From assembly GCA_022566215.1 (NCBI GenBank), contig JADFJJ010000003.1, forward strand, positions 2,445 to 66,444: a DNA stretch of 64,000 nucleotides, in the 5' to 3' direction. Both the position numbers and the translations under genes were made by a program. The notes beneath the pieces were generated by a model, which searched no databases, was not told the DNA's origin, and saw only the letters and a program-made list of their open reading frames with translations. This document shows, piece after piece, positions 52,870 to 64,000 of this stretch; the stretch's first letter is position 1; every line of letters starts with the position of its first letter. Source of the DNA: Pseudomonadota bacterium. GTDB taxonomy: Bacteria; Pseudomonadota; Alphaproteobacteria; Sphingomonadales; SMXR01.

Positions 52870-54488
52870 CTCTCATCCGGCCATTTGTGATCCTTGAAGG
52901 TTTCGCGCAATCCGGTTTTCTTGACCTTGCCGGTGCCCGATAAGGGCATCTCATCGACCGTGACGATGTCATTGGGCAGCCACCACTTGGCGACCTTGCC
53001 GGTCAGGAATTTCAGGATGCTGTCCTTGTCGAGCACTGCCCCCTCTTCCAGAACCACAATCAACAGCGGCCGTTCGCGCCATTTTTTGTGCGGCCGGCCG
53101 ATCACCGCGGCGCGGGCGATGTCTTTGTGGCCCATGGCCGCGTTCTCCAGATCGATCGAGGAGATCCATTCGCCGCCCGATTTGATCACGTCCTTGGCCC
53201 GGTCGGTGATCTGCATGTAGCCAAATTCATCAATGGTCGCGACATCGCCGGTGTCGAACCAGCCGTCCTCATCCAGCGCGCTGTCATTGGCGCGGTAATA
53301 GCGCTTGAGCGTCCACGGGCCCCTGACATAAAGCGCGCCGAAGGTTTTACCGTCCCACGGCGCTTCGCTCCCGTCCGCCACAACAATTTTCATTTCCACC
53401 CCGAACAGACCGCGTCCCTGTTTTTGTTTTAATTTCTGCTGCTCTTCCAGCGGCCACCGGGCGGTGATGGAATTCATCGACCCCATGGTGCCGACCGGGC
53501 TGATCTCGGTCATGCCCCAGGCATGGTGAACATTGACGCCAAAGTCCTCAAAAGCCTTGATCATAAAGGCCGGGGCCGCCGCGCCGCCGATCCCCAAGCC
53601 CTCCAGGGGCTCCAGGTCCTGTCCGGTTTCCTTGAGATAATCCAGCAGCCCCAACCAGATGGTCGGCACTGCGGTGGTAATGTGGACCTGTTCTTCCTTG
53701 ATCAGGGTGTGGATGCTTTTGCCGTCAAAATGCGGGCCGTTGAGGACAATCTTGCAGCCGACAATCGCCGCGGTATAAGGATAGCCCCAGGCATTGGCGT
53801 GGAACATCGGGATAATCGGCAAAATGGTGCGGGTCGAAAGGTTAAAGGCATCCGGGACAATCACCGCCATGGCATGGAGGACAGTCGAGCGGTGGGAATA
53901 CAAAACCCCCTTGGGGTTCCCGGTGGTGCCGGAGGTGTAGCAGAGACTGGCGGCGTCATTTTCATCCAATGCCGGCCAGGCGTAGTTGCCGTCCCCGCCA
54001 TCGATCAGGTCTTCATAGCACAGGTAATTGGCGGGCAGGCTTTTCGGCATGTTGGATTGGTCGGTCAGCATCACGAAGGTCTTGACCGTCTTAAAGTGCT
54101 CCTCAAGCTCCCGCACCAGGGGCAGGAAGGTCAGGTCGAAAAACAGCACCTGGTCTTCGGCGTGGTTGGCGACCCAGGCGATATCCTTCGGAAACAGCCT
54201 GGGGTTCAGGGTATGGCACACCGCGCCCATACCGGAGATGCCGTAGTACAGTTCAAAATGGCGGTAGGTGTTCCAGGCCAGGGTTCCGACCCGGTCGCCC
54301 TTTTTGATGCCTAATCTTTCAAGCGCCTGAGCCAATTTGCGGGAGCGAACGGCGCATTCGGCATAGGTATAACGGTGGCGGCCGGCTTCAACCGTTTCAG
54401 TGACGATCTCGACCTGTGAATGAAAACGCTCGGCATGGTCTATCAAGCGTGAAATCAACAGCGGCCAGTCCTGCATTAAGCCTTGCAT
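52866..54488 (-). CDS. AMP-dependent acyl-CoA synthetase/ligase (long-chain fatty-acid-CoA ligase-like)
   Basis: AMP-binding motif [12 protein letters not shown], plus WFDTGD and ...SGGEWIS... motifs. 540 aa. Confidence 0.9.
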   Translation of the reverse strand: MQGLMQDWPLLISRLIDHAERFHSQVEIVTETVEAGRHRYTYAECAVRSRKLAQALERLGIKKGDRVGTLAWNTYRHFELYYGISGMGAVCHTLNPRLFPKDIAWVANHAEDQVLFFDLTFLPLVRELEEHFKTVKTFVMLTDQSNMPKSLPANYLCYEDLIDGGDGNYAWPALDENDAASLCYTSGTTGNPKGVLYSHRSTVLHAMAVIVPDAFNLSTRTILPIIPMFHANAWGYPYTAAIVGCKIVLNGPHFDGKSIHTLIKEEQVHITTAVPTIWLGLLDYLKETGQDLEPLEGLGIGGAAAPAFMIKAFEDFGVNVHHAWGMTEISPVGTMGSMNSITARWPLEEQQKLKQKQGRGLFGVEMKIVVADGSEAPWDGKTFGALYVRGPWTLKRYYRANDSALDEDGWFDTGDVATIDEFGYMQITDRAKDVIKSGGEWISSIDLENAAMGHKDIARAAVIGRPHKKWRERPLLIVVLEEGAVLDKDSILKFLTGKVAKWWLPNDIVTVDEMPLSGTGKVKKTGLRETFKDHKWPDES

Positions 54489-54673
54489 ATAGTTCCCCCG
54501 GAGAGTGATAATTTTGTTACTTAATCATATACACCGGGGCTTGGAATTAAAAGCGGGATAAGGTAAAAGCGTTAAGAAATTTTTTGCGCCTGGGGGGCCA
54601 TATTCCGGCCAAAAAGTTCTGTAACCCTGGGCCGGGGAAATGACCTCCGCCGTTTTGATCGAAAGGTGACAGC

Positions 54674-55261
54674 ATGCATTATAAAACCCTCCCTGCTTTT
54701 TTTGGAATTTTTGCCCTTCTGGTGATGTTCGCCCTGCCCGCCCAGGCCCAGGATGACGCCCCCGGCGATGCCGACAGCGGCACCTTTAACGAAAAGGAAA
54801 TCGCCGCCGCCGCCGGTAACTTTTTCGGTGAAGTTTCCGAAGGGTTGGCATCGGTGATAGAAAAAGCCTTTGCCGACCTGGGCCGCCCCAACGCCTATAT
54901 CGCCGGCACTGAGGGTTCGGCCGCAGTCGGTGTTGGTCTCCGCTATGGCTCAGGCACGCTTTATCACAAGCTGGAAGGGGACAGCAAAATCTACTGGCGC
55001 GGCCCCTCGATCGGCTTTGACCTGGGCGGCGACTTTTCCAAAGTCTTTATCCTGGTCTATAACCTGCATGATTTTCGCAGCATGTACAAACGCTTCCCCT
55101 CGGGTGAGGCCGGATACTATTTCGTCGCCGGGGTCGGCATCAGCTACAAACAGCGCAAGGACATTATCCTGGCGCCGATCCGCACCGGGGTTGGCTTGCG
55201 CGCCGGGATTAACATCGGCTGGGTGAAGTTCAGCAAAAAGAAGAGTATCGTTCCCTTTTAA
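54674..55261 (+). CDS. DUF1134 (EipA-like) periplasmic protein
   Basis: Signal peptide ...ALPAQA. GRPNAYIAGTEGSAAVGVGLRYGSGTL...WRGPSIGFDLGGD...PIRTGVGLRAG pattern, recalled from alphaproteobacterial DUF1134. Confidence 0.65.
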   Translation: MHYKTLPAFFGIFALLVMFALPAQAQDDAPGDADSGTFNEKEIAAAAGNFFGEVSEGLASVIEKAFADLGRPNAYIAGTEGSAAVGVGLRYGSGTLYHKLEGDSKIYWRGPSIGFDLGGDFSKVFILVYNLHDFRSMYKRFPSGEAGYYFVAGVGISYKQRKDIILAPIRTGVGLRAGINIGWVKFSKKKSIVPF

Positions 55262-55303
55262 GGGAGCGCTGATTTCTGAATCCGGAATTTCAGGAATCTT
55301 CCG

Positions 55304-55510
55304 TTAAACGGCTTTAAGGTCAGCGGCGATGGTTTTGCCGTTTGGCCCTTCCTTCAATTCAAATTCAACCTTTTGGCCTTCTTCCAGGGTTTCCAAGCCT
55401 GCTTCCTGGACCGCCGTAATGTGCACAAAGACGTCACTGTCACCCTCGTCAGGGACAATAAATCCGTAGCCCTTGCGTCCATTAAACCACTTTACCGTAC
55501 CGGTTGCCAT
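55304..55510 (-). CDS. cspA: Cold-shock protein (CspA family)
   Basis: [28 protein letters not shown] contains the RNP1 and RNP2 motifs. 68 aa. Confidence 0.93.
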   Translation of the reverse strand: MATGTVKWFNGRKGYGFIVPDEGDSDVFVHITAVQEAGLETLEEGQKVEFELKEGPNGKTIAADLKAV

Positions 55511-55550
55511 TCGGGGGATCTCCCATTCATATTAGCAGTGGAAAAAAAGC

Positions 55551-55985
55551 TTAAGCTACAAATCGCGCTATTTGCAAGAGATTCTCATCAAAGGGTCGTG
55601 ACTTTGAGCCGCTTTTTCCCCTTAAATGCCCGAAAAGGCGGGTTTGGGGGGGGTGGCTCTCGCTTAACGCCGTGATCATCCAGACTAAATTCTGGTCGTT
55701 TAAGCTTATCCGGTCTTTTTCCGAGGGGAGTGAGTCTCCCGAGGGGTGTGAATGATAAATCCCGATCACCGCCTGCCCCTTTTCCCTGAGAGTCCGCTGC
55801 AATTTCAGGTGCAGCGCGGCATCAATCAGGAATTCCTGCTTGCTTCCGGCCCGGTTCGGACTGGGGATGGCGTCAAGAATGATGTCATCCCCCGCCCGGC
55901 CGGTCAAAAAACCGCAACTCTCACCGGGAAAGGCTTCCGCGGCATGGCTCTCAATCCGCTCCAGAAGGTGTTGAGAGATTTGCAT
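55551..55985 (-). CDS. MPN/JAMM-domain (Mov34) metalloprotease-like protein
   Basis: Upstream Glu (PGESCGFL) and the JAMM motif HSHPSGDSLPSEKD. Confidence 0.78.
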   Translation of the reverse strand: MQISQHLLERIESHAAEAFPGESCGFLTGRAGDDIILDAIPSPNRAGSKQEFLIDAALHLKLQRTLREKGQAVIGIYHSHPSGDSLPSEKDRISLNDQNLVWMITALSESHPPQTRLFGHLRGKSGSKSRPFDENLLQIARFVA

Positions 55986-56308
55986 CAGGGCTTCTCCAAA
56001 ACCAGTTCTCCCAGAAATTCTCCGGTCCTGCTGTCATAGGCCAGCCTTTGCTCGACCCCTTGTTTATTTTTTATATGGACAATCGTTACCGCCATATTGT
56101 GTGAAATGCCAATCAGCTCCGCCCCCTTAGGGGTAGGAAAAGAAACCGACGGGGAAGAAACGGCTTCATAAACAACGCTCGCTACCTCAACCTCCTGAAC
56201 CGGGTTGATCGAGCGGTAGATAATCGTCCCGGCAATACCAAAAAATCCCGTCACCAGCAGGACGCCGAGGATAATGACTATTCTTTTTAATGTTTTTTCA
56301 GATGGCAT
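55985..56308 (-). CDS. Small membrane-anchored hypothetical protein
   Basis: Only the last 107 codons of ORF 55985..57253 are credible: MPSEKTLKRIVIILGVLLVTGFFGIAGTIIY (TM helix) plus a soluble tail. Its stop overlaps the MPN gene start (ATGA). Confidence 0.5.
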   Translation of the reverse strand: MPSEKTLKRIVIILGVLLVTGFFGIAGTIIYRSINPVQEVEVASVVYEAVSSPSVSFPTPKGAELIGISHNMAVTIVHIKNKQGVEQRLAYDSRTGEFLGELVLEKP

Positions 56309-56356
56309 GGCGCTATCCTGCCCCAGGTTAATTTTAGAGGCTAAACATAGCAGAGC

Positions 56357-57355
56357 ATGAGCGAAGAAAAAACAATAGAAATTATCATCCCTGAAACCCT
56401 GGGCGGGGAACGCCTCGACAAGGCCTTGGCCGTGCTTATGCCAGAGCTGTCGCGCACCCGCCTGAAGGCCCTGATGCTGAAAGGCCATATTATCCGGGAC
56501 CGCCAGGCGGCTGCAGATCCCGCCGCAAGAGCCAAAGCGGGCGAGATTTATCAGATTACCATCCCGCCCCCGGAGGATGCGGCGCCCAAGGGGCAGGACT
56601 TGCCGCTCAATATCCTGTTCGAGGATGACCACCTGATCGTGATCGACAAGCCCGCCGGCCTGGTGGTCCACCCCGGCGCGGGAAACCCCGACCGCACCCT
56701 GGTCAACGCCCTGATTTACCATTGCGGCGACAGCCTGTCGGGGATCGGCGGGGTTCGCCGGCCGGGGATCGTGCATCGGCTCGACAAGGATACCTCCGGG
56801 GTCATGGTCGCGGCCAAGAACGACACCGCGCACCGGGCATTGTCGGAGCAATTCAGCGCCCACACCATCGAGCGCAGGTATCTCTCGGTGGTGATCGGCT
56901 GCCCGCTGCCGCTCAAGGGGAGGGTAGCGACCCTGATCGCCCGCAATCCCCGCCACCGGAAAAAAATGGCGGTCTCTAAAAACAAGGGCAAGGAGGCCCG
57001 AACCGGCTATTCGGTCAGGGAGGTTTTCAGGGCCAAAGGCCAGCCGCTGGCCAGCCTGGTGGAATGCACGCTGGAGACCGGCCGCACCCATCAGGTCCGG
57101 GTCCACATGGCCCATCTCGGCCATCCGCTGATCGGCGATCGGCTCTACGGGCGCGGCAAAACGCCCAAGGCGGCCGCCGGCACCGCCGCTGGCGAGGCGA
57201 TCAAGGCCTTCCCGCGCCAGGCGCTGCATGCCGCCCACCTGGGGTTCAGCCATCCCTTGACCGGCAAGGCGCTGGCTTTTGACAGCCCGCTGCCGGAGGA
57301 CATGAAAACCCTTGTCAAAATCCTGAAAAGTAGTAAAAGACAGAGAGAAACCTGA
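56357..57355 (+). CDS. rluD: 23S rRNA pseudouridine synthase, RluD/RluA family with S4 domain
   Basis: Catalytic motif GIVHRLDKDTSGVMV, plus TGRTHQVRVHMAHLGHPLIGD. 332 aa. Confidence 0.9.
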   Translation: MSEEKTIEIIIPETLGGERLDKALAVLMPELSRTRLKALMLKGHIIRDRQAAADPAARAKAGEIYQITIPPPEDAAPKGQDLPLNILFEDDHLIVIDKPAGLVVHPGAGNPDRTLVNALIYHCGDSLSGIGGVRRPGIVHRLDKDTSGVMVAAKNDTAHRALSEQFSAHTIERRYLSVVIGCPLPLKGRVATLIARNPRHRKKMAVSKNKGKEARTGYSVREVFRAKGQPLASLVECTLETGRTHQVRVHMAHLGHPLIGDRLYGRGKTPKAAAGTAAGEAIKAFPRQALHAAHLGFSHPLTGKALAFDSPLPEDMKTLVKILKSSKRQRET

Positions 57356-57420
57356 ATTTATATCAATTCGATATATTCAAAGGACGCCGATGCGTCCCCA
57401 TATGAAGGCACTGTGGTTTT

Positions 57421-58332
57421 TTGAAAAGGGACAATGACGTGGCTGGGAGAAACCTACCAACCTTAACCCCCGATGCATCGCTTTCGCGGTATCTTCAGGA
57501 TATCCGCAAATTCCCGATGCTGGAAAAGGAAGAGGAATACATGCTGGCCAGGGCCTGGCAGGAACATGGCGACCGTGATTCCGCGCACAAGCTGGTCACC
57601 AGTCACCTGCGCCTGGTGGCCAAGATCGCGATGGGCTACCGCGGCTACGGCCTGCCGGTGGCCGAGCTGATCTCGGAAGGGAATCTGGGCATGATGCAGG
57701 CGGTCAAGCGCTTTGACCCGGAACGCGGTTTTCGGCTTTCGACCTACGCCATGTGGTGGATCAAGGCGGCGATCCAGGAATATATCCTGCGCTCCTGGTC
57801 GCTGGTGAAAATCGGCACTACGGCGGCGCAAAAGAAGCTCTTTTTCAACCTTCGGCGCATCAAGGGCAAACTGAAGGCGATCGATAGCAACAGCCTGCAT
57901 CCTGACGACGTCAAGAAAATCGCCCATCAGCTTAACGTTTCGGAAGCCGATGTGGTGAGCATGGACCAACGCATGGCGGGCGGCGATCATTCGCTCAACG
58001 CCCCTCTCAAAATGGATGGCGAGGGCGAATGGCAGGACTGGCTGGTGGATGAAGAGCCGGATCAGGAAACCGCCTATGCCGAGAGCGAGGAGTTGTCCGT
58101 GCGCCGCGGTCTGATGCTTGAGGCGATGAAAAGCCTGAATGAGCGGGAACAAAACATTCTGACCGAGAGACGTCTCCGCGACAACCCGAAAACCCTCGAG
58201 GATCTCAGCAAGGTTTACAAGATCAGCCGTGAGCGGGTGCGCCAGATCGAGGTCCGCGCCTTTGAAAAACTGCAAAAAGCGATGCTGACGCTTTCAAAAG
58301 AAGCCGGTCTTCCGGTGACTGAGGATTCCTGA
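57421..58332 (+). CDS. rpoH: RNA polymerase sigma-32 factor
   Basis: Sigma-70 regions 2-4 plus the RpoH box AQKKLFFNLRR. The annotated start is TTG, so the exact start is uncertain. Confidence 0.9.
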   Translation: MKRDNDVAGRNLPTLTPDASLSRYLQDIRKFPMLEKEEEYMLARAWQEHGDRDSAHKLVTSHLRLVAKIAMGYRGYGLPVAELISEGNLGMMQAVKRFDPERGFRLSTYAMWWIKAAIQEYILRSWSLVKIGTTAAQKKLFFNLRRIKGKLKAIDSNSLHPDDVKKIAHQLNVSEADVVSMDQRMAGGDHSLNAPLKMDGEGEWQDWLVDEEPDQETAYAESEELSVRRGLMLEAMKSLNEREQNILTERRLRDNPKTLEDLSKVYKISRERVRQIEVRAFEKLQKAMLTLSKEAGLPVTEDS

Positions 58333-58379
58333 TTAAATATCATTTCTGCGACCGGGCTAATTCAAACTGTTGATGGTCT

Positions 58380-58413
58380 TGCCCGTGAAAACGGGCATCC
58401 ATGTTTTCTTTTT
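58380..58413 (+). terminator. Possible rpoH terminator hairpin
   Basis: TGCCCGT-GAAA-ACGGGCA stem-loop, followed after 6 nt by TTTTCTTTTT. The gap between stem and T-run weakens the call. Confidence 0.35.
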
Positions 58414-58469
58414 AAGGGTATGGGCCTTTATGGATTCCTGCTTCCGCAGGAATGACTATTTTTCTATTA

Positions 58470-58536
58470 CCCCCTCACCCGGCTCGCTTTGCTCGCCACC
58501 CTCTCCCCTACGAGGGAGAGGGGTGGGGTGAGGGGG
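58470..58536. repeat. REP-like nested inverted repeat between convergent rpoH and purA
   Basis: Outer arms CCCCCTCACCC / GGGTGAGGGGG are perfect. The inner arms CTCTCCCCT-ACG-AGGGAGAG are imperfect. The element is GC- and polypurine/pyrimidine-rich. Confidence 0.7.
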
Positions 58537-58555
58537 TCAAATAAAAAGGGAGAAT

Positions 58556-59866
<1,311 letters not shown>

Positions 59867-59904
59867 CTATTACTTATTAAAACTTTTTAGACCAGAAAAC
59901 CATA

Positions 59905-61491
59905 TCAAAACTGGAGCGGCTTGACGGTTCTGACATGTTCCAGATGCGAGACCTTGTCAACCACCTCAGGGGCAATCGCCTCATCGACCGAGACCAGGGC
60001 GATCGCGGTTTTACGCTCCTTGTCGCGGCCCAGATTAAAGGTGCCGATGTTGACCCCGCTTTCCCCCAGTGCGGTCCCCAGCGCGCCGATAAAGCCCGGT
60101 TTGTCTTCATTCGTGATGTACAGCATGTGCTCGGTCAACTCGGCCTCGATCTCGACCCCGTGGACCGAGACAATCCGGGGCCTGGTATTGGCGAACAGGG
60201 TTCCGGCGATCGAGCGCACCCCCTTGTCGGTCTCGATCACCAGCCGCAGCAGGGTGTGATAGTCTCCTTCGCGGTCGTGGATCAGCTCGGAAATGTCAAT
60301 ATTGCGCTCTTTCGCCACCACCGGGGCGTTGACCATATTGACCCCGCTGAGGAGCGGTTTCAACAGCCCTTCCAGGACAATCGCGGTCAATGGCCGGGTG
60401 TTCAGCTCAGCAACCGCGCCTTCGTATTCCACTCTTACCTTCTGGATCGCGGCGTCGGCGATCTGGCCGGCGAAGCTGCCGACCTGGTGGGCGAGCGCCA
60501 TGTAGGGTTTCAGCTTGGGCGCCTCCTCGGCCGAGATCGAGGGCATGTTCAGGGCGTTCGAGACTGCCCCGTGCAGCAGAAAATCAGACATCTGTTCGGC
60601 CACCTGGACCGCCACCTTTACCTGGGCCTCGGTGGTCGAGGCCCCGAGATGCGGCGTGGCGATGATGTTTCCTTGCTTGAACAACGGGTTGTCGGTGGCC
60701 GGTTCAACCGCAAAAACATCCAGCGCGGCGCCGGCGATCAGCCCTTCATCCAGCGCTTCCCCGAGGGCCGCTTCATCGACCAGCCCGCCGCGCGCGCAGT
60801 TGATCAGAAAGGCGCTTTCTTTCATCAGGGAGAGCGCATCGTAATCGATAATGTTCTCGGTGGCGGAGGTTTTGGGAGCGTGCAGCGAAACAAAATCCGA
60901 TGACTGCAGCAGTTCCGTCAGGTCAACCTTCTTGATGCCGAGATCATAGGCGCGTTCCGCGCTCAGGTAGGGATCGTAGGCCTGGACCTTCATGCTCAAG
61001 CCCTGGGCGCGGGAAGCTACGATTGAGCCGATATTTCCGCAGCCGATAATCCCGAGCATTTTGCCGTTGACTTCAACCCCCATGAATTTTGATTTTTCCC
61101 ATTTGCCGTCCTTGGTCGAAGTATTGGCGCGGGGGATATTCCGGGCCAGCGACAAAAGCATTGCGATGGCATGCTCAGCAGTTGTGATGGAATTGCCGAA
61201 GGGGGTGTTCATCACCACAATGCCGCGTTCGGTGGCCGTTTCCAGGTCGATATTGTCGACCCCGATCCCGGCCCGGCCGATCACCTTGAGGTTTTTGGCC
61301 TGGTTCAGGATATCGGCGGTAACTTTTGTCGCCGAACGCACCGCCAGGCCGTCATACCCACCGATGATTTTCGCCAGCGCTTCCGGCTTCAGGCCGATTT
61401 TCTGGTCCACCTTGATCCCGGCCGCCTCGAATATTTTTTTTGCCTCGGGGCTCAACTTGTCACTGATCAGAACTTTGGTCATGTTATTCAA
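59905..61491 (-). CDS. serA: D-3-phosphoglycerate dehydrogenase (long form with ACT domain)
   Basis: [16 protein letters not shown] motif, catalytic-region NCARGG...TPHLGAST, and a C-terminal ASB/ACT region. 528 aa. Confidence 0.92.
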   Translation of the reverse strand: MNNMTKVLISDKLSPEAKKIFEAAGIKVDQKIGLKPEALAKIIGGYDGLAVRSATKVTADILNQAKNLKVIGRAGIGVDNIDLETATERGIVVMNTPFGNSITTAEHAIAMLLSLARNIPRANTSTKDGKWEKSKFMGVEVNGKMLGIIGCGNIGSIVASRAQGLSMKVQAYDPYLSAERAYDLGIKKVDLTELLQSSDFVSLHAPKTSATENIIDYDALSLMKESAFLINCARGGLVDEAALGEALDEGLIAGAALDVFAVEPATDNPLFKQGNIIATPHLGASTTEAQVKVAVQVAEQMSDFLLHGAVSNALNMPSISAEEAPKLKPYMALAHQVGSFAGQIADAAIQKVRVEYEGAVAELNTRPLTAIVLEGLLKPLLSGVNMVNAPVVAKERNIDISELIHDREGDYHTLLRLVIETDKGVRSIAGTLFANTRPRIVSVHGVEIEAELTEHMLYITNEDKPGFIGALGTALGESGVNIGTFNLGRDKERKTAIALVSVDEAIAPEVVDKVSHLEHVRTVKPLQF

Positions 61492-62638
61492 CTTCTTCCT
61501 TGATGTTCATAAAAGCCCAGTCCAGCCACGGGAACAAGGCCTCAAGATCGGCCGTCTCCACGGTCGCCCCGGCCCAGATGCGCAGGCCCGGCGGAGCCGC
61601 CCGGTAGGCGCCGATATCATAGGCCGCCTCTTCGGCTTCCAGCAACTTGACCATTTTACCGACAAAGGCGCGCCGCTCAACCTCTGCCAGCCCTTCAAAC
61701 CACTCATCGATAATCTTCAGACACACCGAGGTGGTGGAACGCACTTTCCTCTCCCGGGCCAGGAAATCAACCCAGGGGGTGTCCGCAACCCAGGCGCCAA
61801 TCGCCGCGGCGTTCGCTTCAGTGCGCCTGATCAGTCCGGCCTTTCCGCCGACACTTTCCGCCCATCTGAGGGCGTCCAGGTAATCCTCCAGGCACAGCAT
61901 CGAGGGGGTGTTGATGGTGCTGCCCTCAAACAGCGCCGGATTGACCTTGCCGTCCTTGACCAGGCGGAACAATTTCGGCAGCGGCCAGGTTGGGCGATAG
62001 CTCTCGAGCCGCCCGATCGCCCGGGGGCTCAGGATCATGGTGCCGTGCTGGGCCTCACCGCCCAGAACCTTCTGCCATGAATAGGTCACCACATCCAGTT
62101 TTTCGAACGGCAGGTCCATGGCGAATATGCCCGAGGTGGCATCGCAAATGGTCAACCCTTCTCTGGCTTCGGAAATCCATTCCCCGTCCGGCACCCGCAC
62201 ACCAGAAGTGGTGCCGTTCCAGGTAAACACCACGTCATGGCCGGGGTTGACCTGGCCGAGGTCCGGCAATTCCCCGTAGGGGGCTTCAATAATCCGGACA
62301 TTTTCCAGTTTCAGCTGATCAGTAATGTCGACCGCCCAGCCCTGGCCGAAACTCTCCCAGACCAGAACGTCGACCGGGCGCGGGCCCAGCATCGACCACA
62401 GCGCGGTCTCCATCGCCCCGGTGTCGGAAGCCGGGGTGAAGATTATTTGATAACCCTCTGGAAGGCCGAGAATTTCCTTGGTCTTTTGGATCGCTTGCTT
62501 GAAGATCTTTTTGCCGTCGGCGGAACGGTGGGAACGTCCCACCAAAGCCCCTTTAAGGGCGTCCAGCGTCCAGCCCGGACGTTTGGTGCACGGCCCGGAA
62601 GAAAATCTTGGATTGGCGGGTCGTTGGCTCGGTTTCAT
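61484..62638 (-). CDS. serC: Phosphoserine aminotransferase (alphaproteobacterial/archaeal-type)
   Basis: [19 protein letters not shown]-terminus and the PLP-lysine context [10 protein letters not shown]. Overlaps the serA start by 8 nt. Confidence 0.85.
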   Translation of the reverse strand: MKPSQRPANPRFSSGPCTKRPGWTLDALKGALVGRSHRSADGKKIFKQAIQKTKEILGLPEGYQIIFTPASDTGAMETALWSMLGPRPVDVLVWESFGQGWAVDITDQLKLENVRIIEAPYGELPDLGQVNPGHDVVFTWNGTTSGVRVPDGEWISEAREGLTICDATSGIFAMDLPFEKLDVVTYSWQKVLGGEAQHGTMILSPRAIGRLESYRPTWPLPKLFRLVKDGKVNPALFEGSTINTPSMLCLEDYLDALRWAESVGGKAGLIRRTEANAAAIGAWVADTPWVDFLARERKVRSTTSVCLKIIDEWFEGLAEVERRAFVGKMVKLLEAEEAAYDIGAYRAAPPGLRIWAGATVETADLEALFPWLDWAFMNIKEEVE

Positions 62639-62648
62639 GCAATAATTT

Positions 62649-63458
62649 TCAGTTTGTCAGGTTGCGCCCAAAATTGTGTCCCAGGGGGCCTTGGCCCTCC
62701 CCCAGTCGGGGGGCTGAGACCATCGCCTTTACCACATATTCCCGTGCCAAAGCGACCGCTTTTTTAAGAGGCAGGCCCGAGGCCAGAAAGACCGCAATTG
62801 CCGATGAAAGGGTGCAACCTGTGCCGTGGCTGTGGCGGGTTTTGATTCGCTTCCCGGTGAAAATTTCATCGCCCCTTTGATCCACCAGCAGATCGGTTAT
62901 CTGCTCCCCTTCCAGATGCCCGCCTTTCACGAGAACCGCGCGGCATCCCAGCTTCAGGAGTACGGAGGCGGCCTTTTTCATATCGTCCAGGCACGTGATG
63001 GAAAGCCCGGTCAGGGTTTCGGCCTCGGGAATATTGGGGGTTAAAAGTTCAGCCTTGGGAATCAGGTGAGCTTTCAGGGCTTCCAACCCTTCCGGACCGA
63101 TAAGCCGGTCCCCGCTGGTGGCTGCCATCAAAGGGTCCAGAACCACCGGGATGTCCGGGTATTTTTCCAAAACAGCAGCGACCGCCAATATGACATCCGC
63201 CGCCCCCAGCATACCTATCTTTATGGCGTCGGCGCCGATGTCCTCTAAAACCGCTGTCATCTGTCTCGCCACAAACCCGGCCGGGACGGTGGATATTTCC
63301 CAAACCCCCAATGAGTTTTGCGCGGTCAGCGCCGTGATAGCGGAAGATGCATACCCCCCCAGAACAGTAATGGTTTTGATGTCGGCCTGAATGCCGGCGC
63401 CGCCCGAGCAATCGGAACCGGCGACGGTCAGGACCCGGGGCTGGTTGTTTTGAGCCAT
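62649..63458 (-). CDS. thiD: Hydroxymethylpyrimidine/phosphomethylpyrimidine kinase
   Basis: [21 protein letters not shown] and C-terminal [12 protein letters not shown] motifs. Start at MAQNNQ (63458). Confidence 0.88.
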   Translation of the reverse strand: MAQNNQPRVLTVAGSDCSGGAGIQADIKTITVLGGYASSAITALTAQNSLGVWEISTVPAGFVARQMTAVLEDIGADAIKIGMLGAADVILAVAAVLEKYPDIPVVLDPLMAATSGDRLIGPEGLEALKAHLIPKAELLTPNIPEAETLTGLSITCLDDMKKAASVLLKLGCRAVLVKGGHLEGEQITDLLVDQRGDEIFTGKRIKTRHSHGTGCTLSSAIAVFLASGLPLKKAVALAREYVVKAMVSAPRLGEGQGPLGHNFGRNLTN

Positions 63459-63469
63459 GTTTTCCGGGA

Positions 63470-64000
63470 TCAGGCGGCCTTGACAGCCGTGCAAATATCA
63501 TCGACCAGCTTTTTAATCAGGCCCTCGTCTTCACCCTCGGCCATCACCCGGATCACATCCTCGGTCCCGGATTGACGCACCAGAATGCGTCCGGTTCCGT
63601 CCAGTTGTTTGGTGGCGGCCGCCATAGCGTCCTTGACGATTGGGTTTTCAAGCGGTTTTGCGGTTTTGTATTTAACGCTTTTCAGGCATTGCGGAACCGC
63701 CTCGAACACCGGTAACAGTTCTGAAGCGGGTATTTGTCTGGAAACCAGTTCGCTTAAAACCTGCAGGGCTGCGATCAGGCCGTCACCGGTTGAAACATAG
63801 TCGGTAAAAATTATGTGGCCGGATTGTTCGCCGCCCAGGTTCAGCCCTTTGTCGCGCAAGGCTTCCAGAACGTAACGGTCGCCCACTTTGGTGCGGATCA
63901 GGTCGATCCCCTGGCCCTTCAGGTAATGCTCTAGACCCAGGTTGGACATGACCGAAGCAACCACAGCGTTACCCTTGAGTTTGCCTTTTTCCTGCCATGA
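63470..64000 (-). CDS. glmM: Phosphoglucosamine mutase, C-terminal part (continues beyond window end)
   Basis: GGEQSGHIIF... and RQSGTEDVIRVMAEG are C-terminal motifs of the alpha-D-phosphohexomutase family. The reading frame stays open to 64000. Confidence 0.85.
   Translation of the reverse strand, partial: SWQEKGKLKGNAVVASVMSNLGLEHYLKGQGIDLIRTKVGDRYVLEALRDKGLNLGGEQSGHIIFTDYVSTGDGLIAALQVLSELVSRQIPASELLPVFEAVPQCLKSVKYKTAKPLENPIVKDAMAAATKQLDGTGRILVRQSGTEDVIRVMAEGEDEGLIKKLVDDICTAVKAA

Noticed and set aside
56309-57253. N-terminal 315 codons of the 422-aa minus-strand ORF 55985..57253
   Set aside because: This part is antisense to rluD and is Arg/Gly/Ala-rich. Only the last 107 codons, from the ATG at 56308, lie in otherwise non-coding space and look like a real membrane-anchored protein.
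57463-58275. 270-aa minus-strand ORF
   Set aside because: It is antisense to rpoH, which carries the RpoH box and sigma regions.
59935-62080. Plus-strand ORFs of 322 aa (59935..60903) and 362 aa (60992..62080)
   Set aside because: They are antisense to serA and serC, with shadow-ORF composition.

Overview
Dense chromosomal segment of about 60 protein genes, roughly mid-50s % GC by eye. It is most likely alphaproteobacterial, which I infer from an RpoH sigma factor with the RpoH box, a DUF1134/EipA-like protein, FnrL/FixK-type boxes, and a glmM-thiD-serC-serA / purA block. Most genes are housekeeping or transport: hemN, gdhA, pcm, an M16 peptidase pair, ggt, purA, serA, serC, thiD, rluD, rpoH, cspA, amino-acid transporters and two two-component systems. 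No rRNA, CRISPR array, integrase or transposase is recognisable. Five things stand out. (1) A gene cluster at 27.7-36.9 kb combines inositol-phosphate synthesis, activation and transfer with an MMPL exporter, a MOP flippase and a membrane methyltransferase. It includes a fused paralog whose catalytic motifs are degenerate, and it is my best candidate for an undescribed system. (2) The tRNA-Thr(UGU) locus is followed by three progressively truncated copies of itself. These delimit three cargo segments: an aro/trp cassette, a Cys/Trp-rich metzincin-like protein gene, and qor-hspQ. (3) A secreted-protein neighbourhood holds a histidine-brace (LPMO-like) candidate and a protein with a eukaryote-type mucin WxxW/CysD-like domain. 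(4) A porin / two monohaem cytochrome c operon and hemN each lie behind an FNR-type box. (5) Several sharp non-coding signals are present, including a 38-bp perfect palindrome, MarR boxes, an orphan terminator that suggests an sRNA, and a REP-like nested hairpin. All calls come from reading the ORF translations and the DNA by eye. No database search was run.
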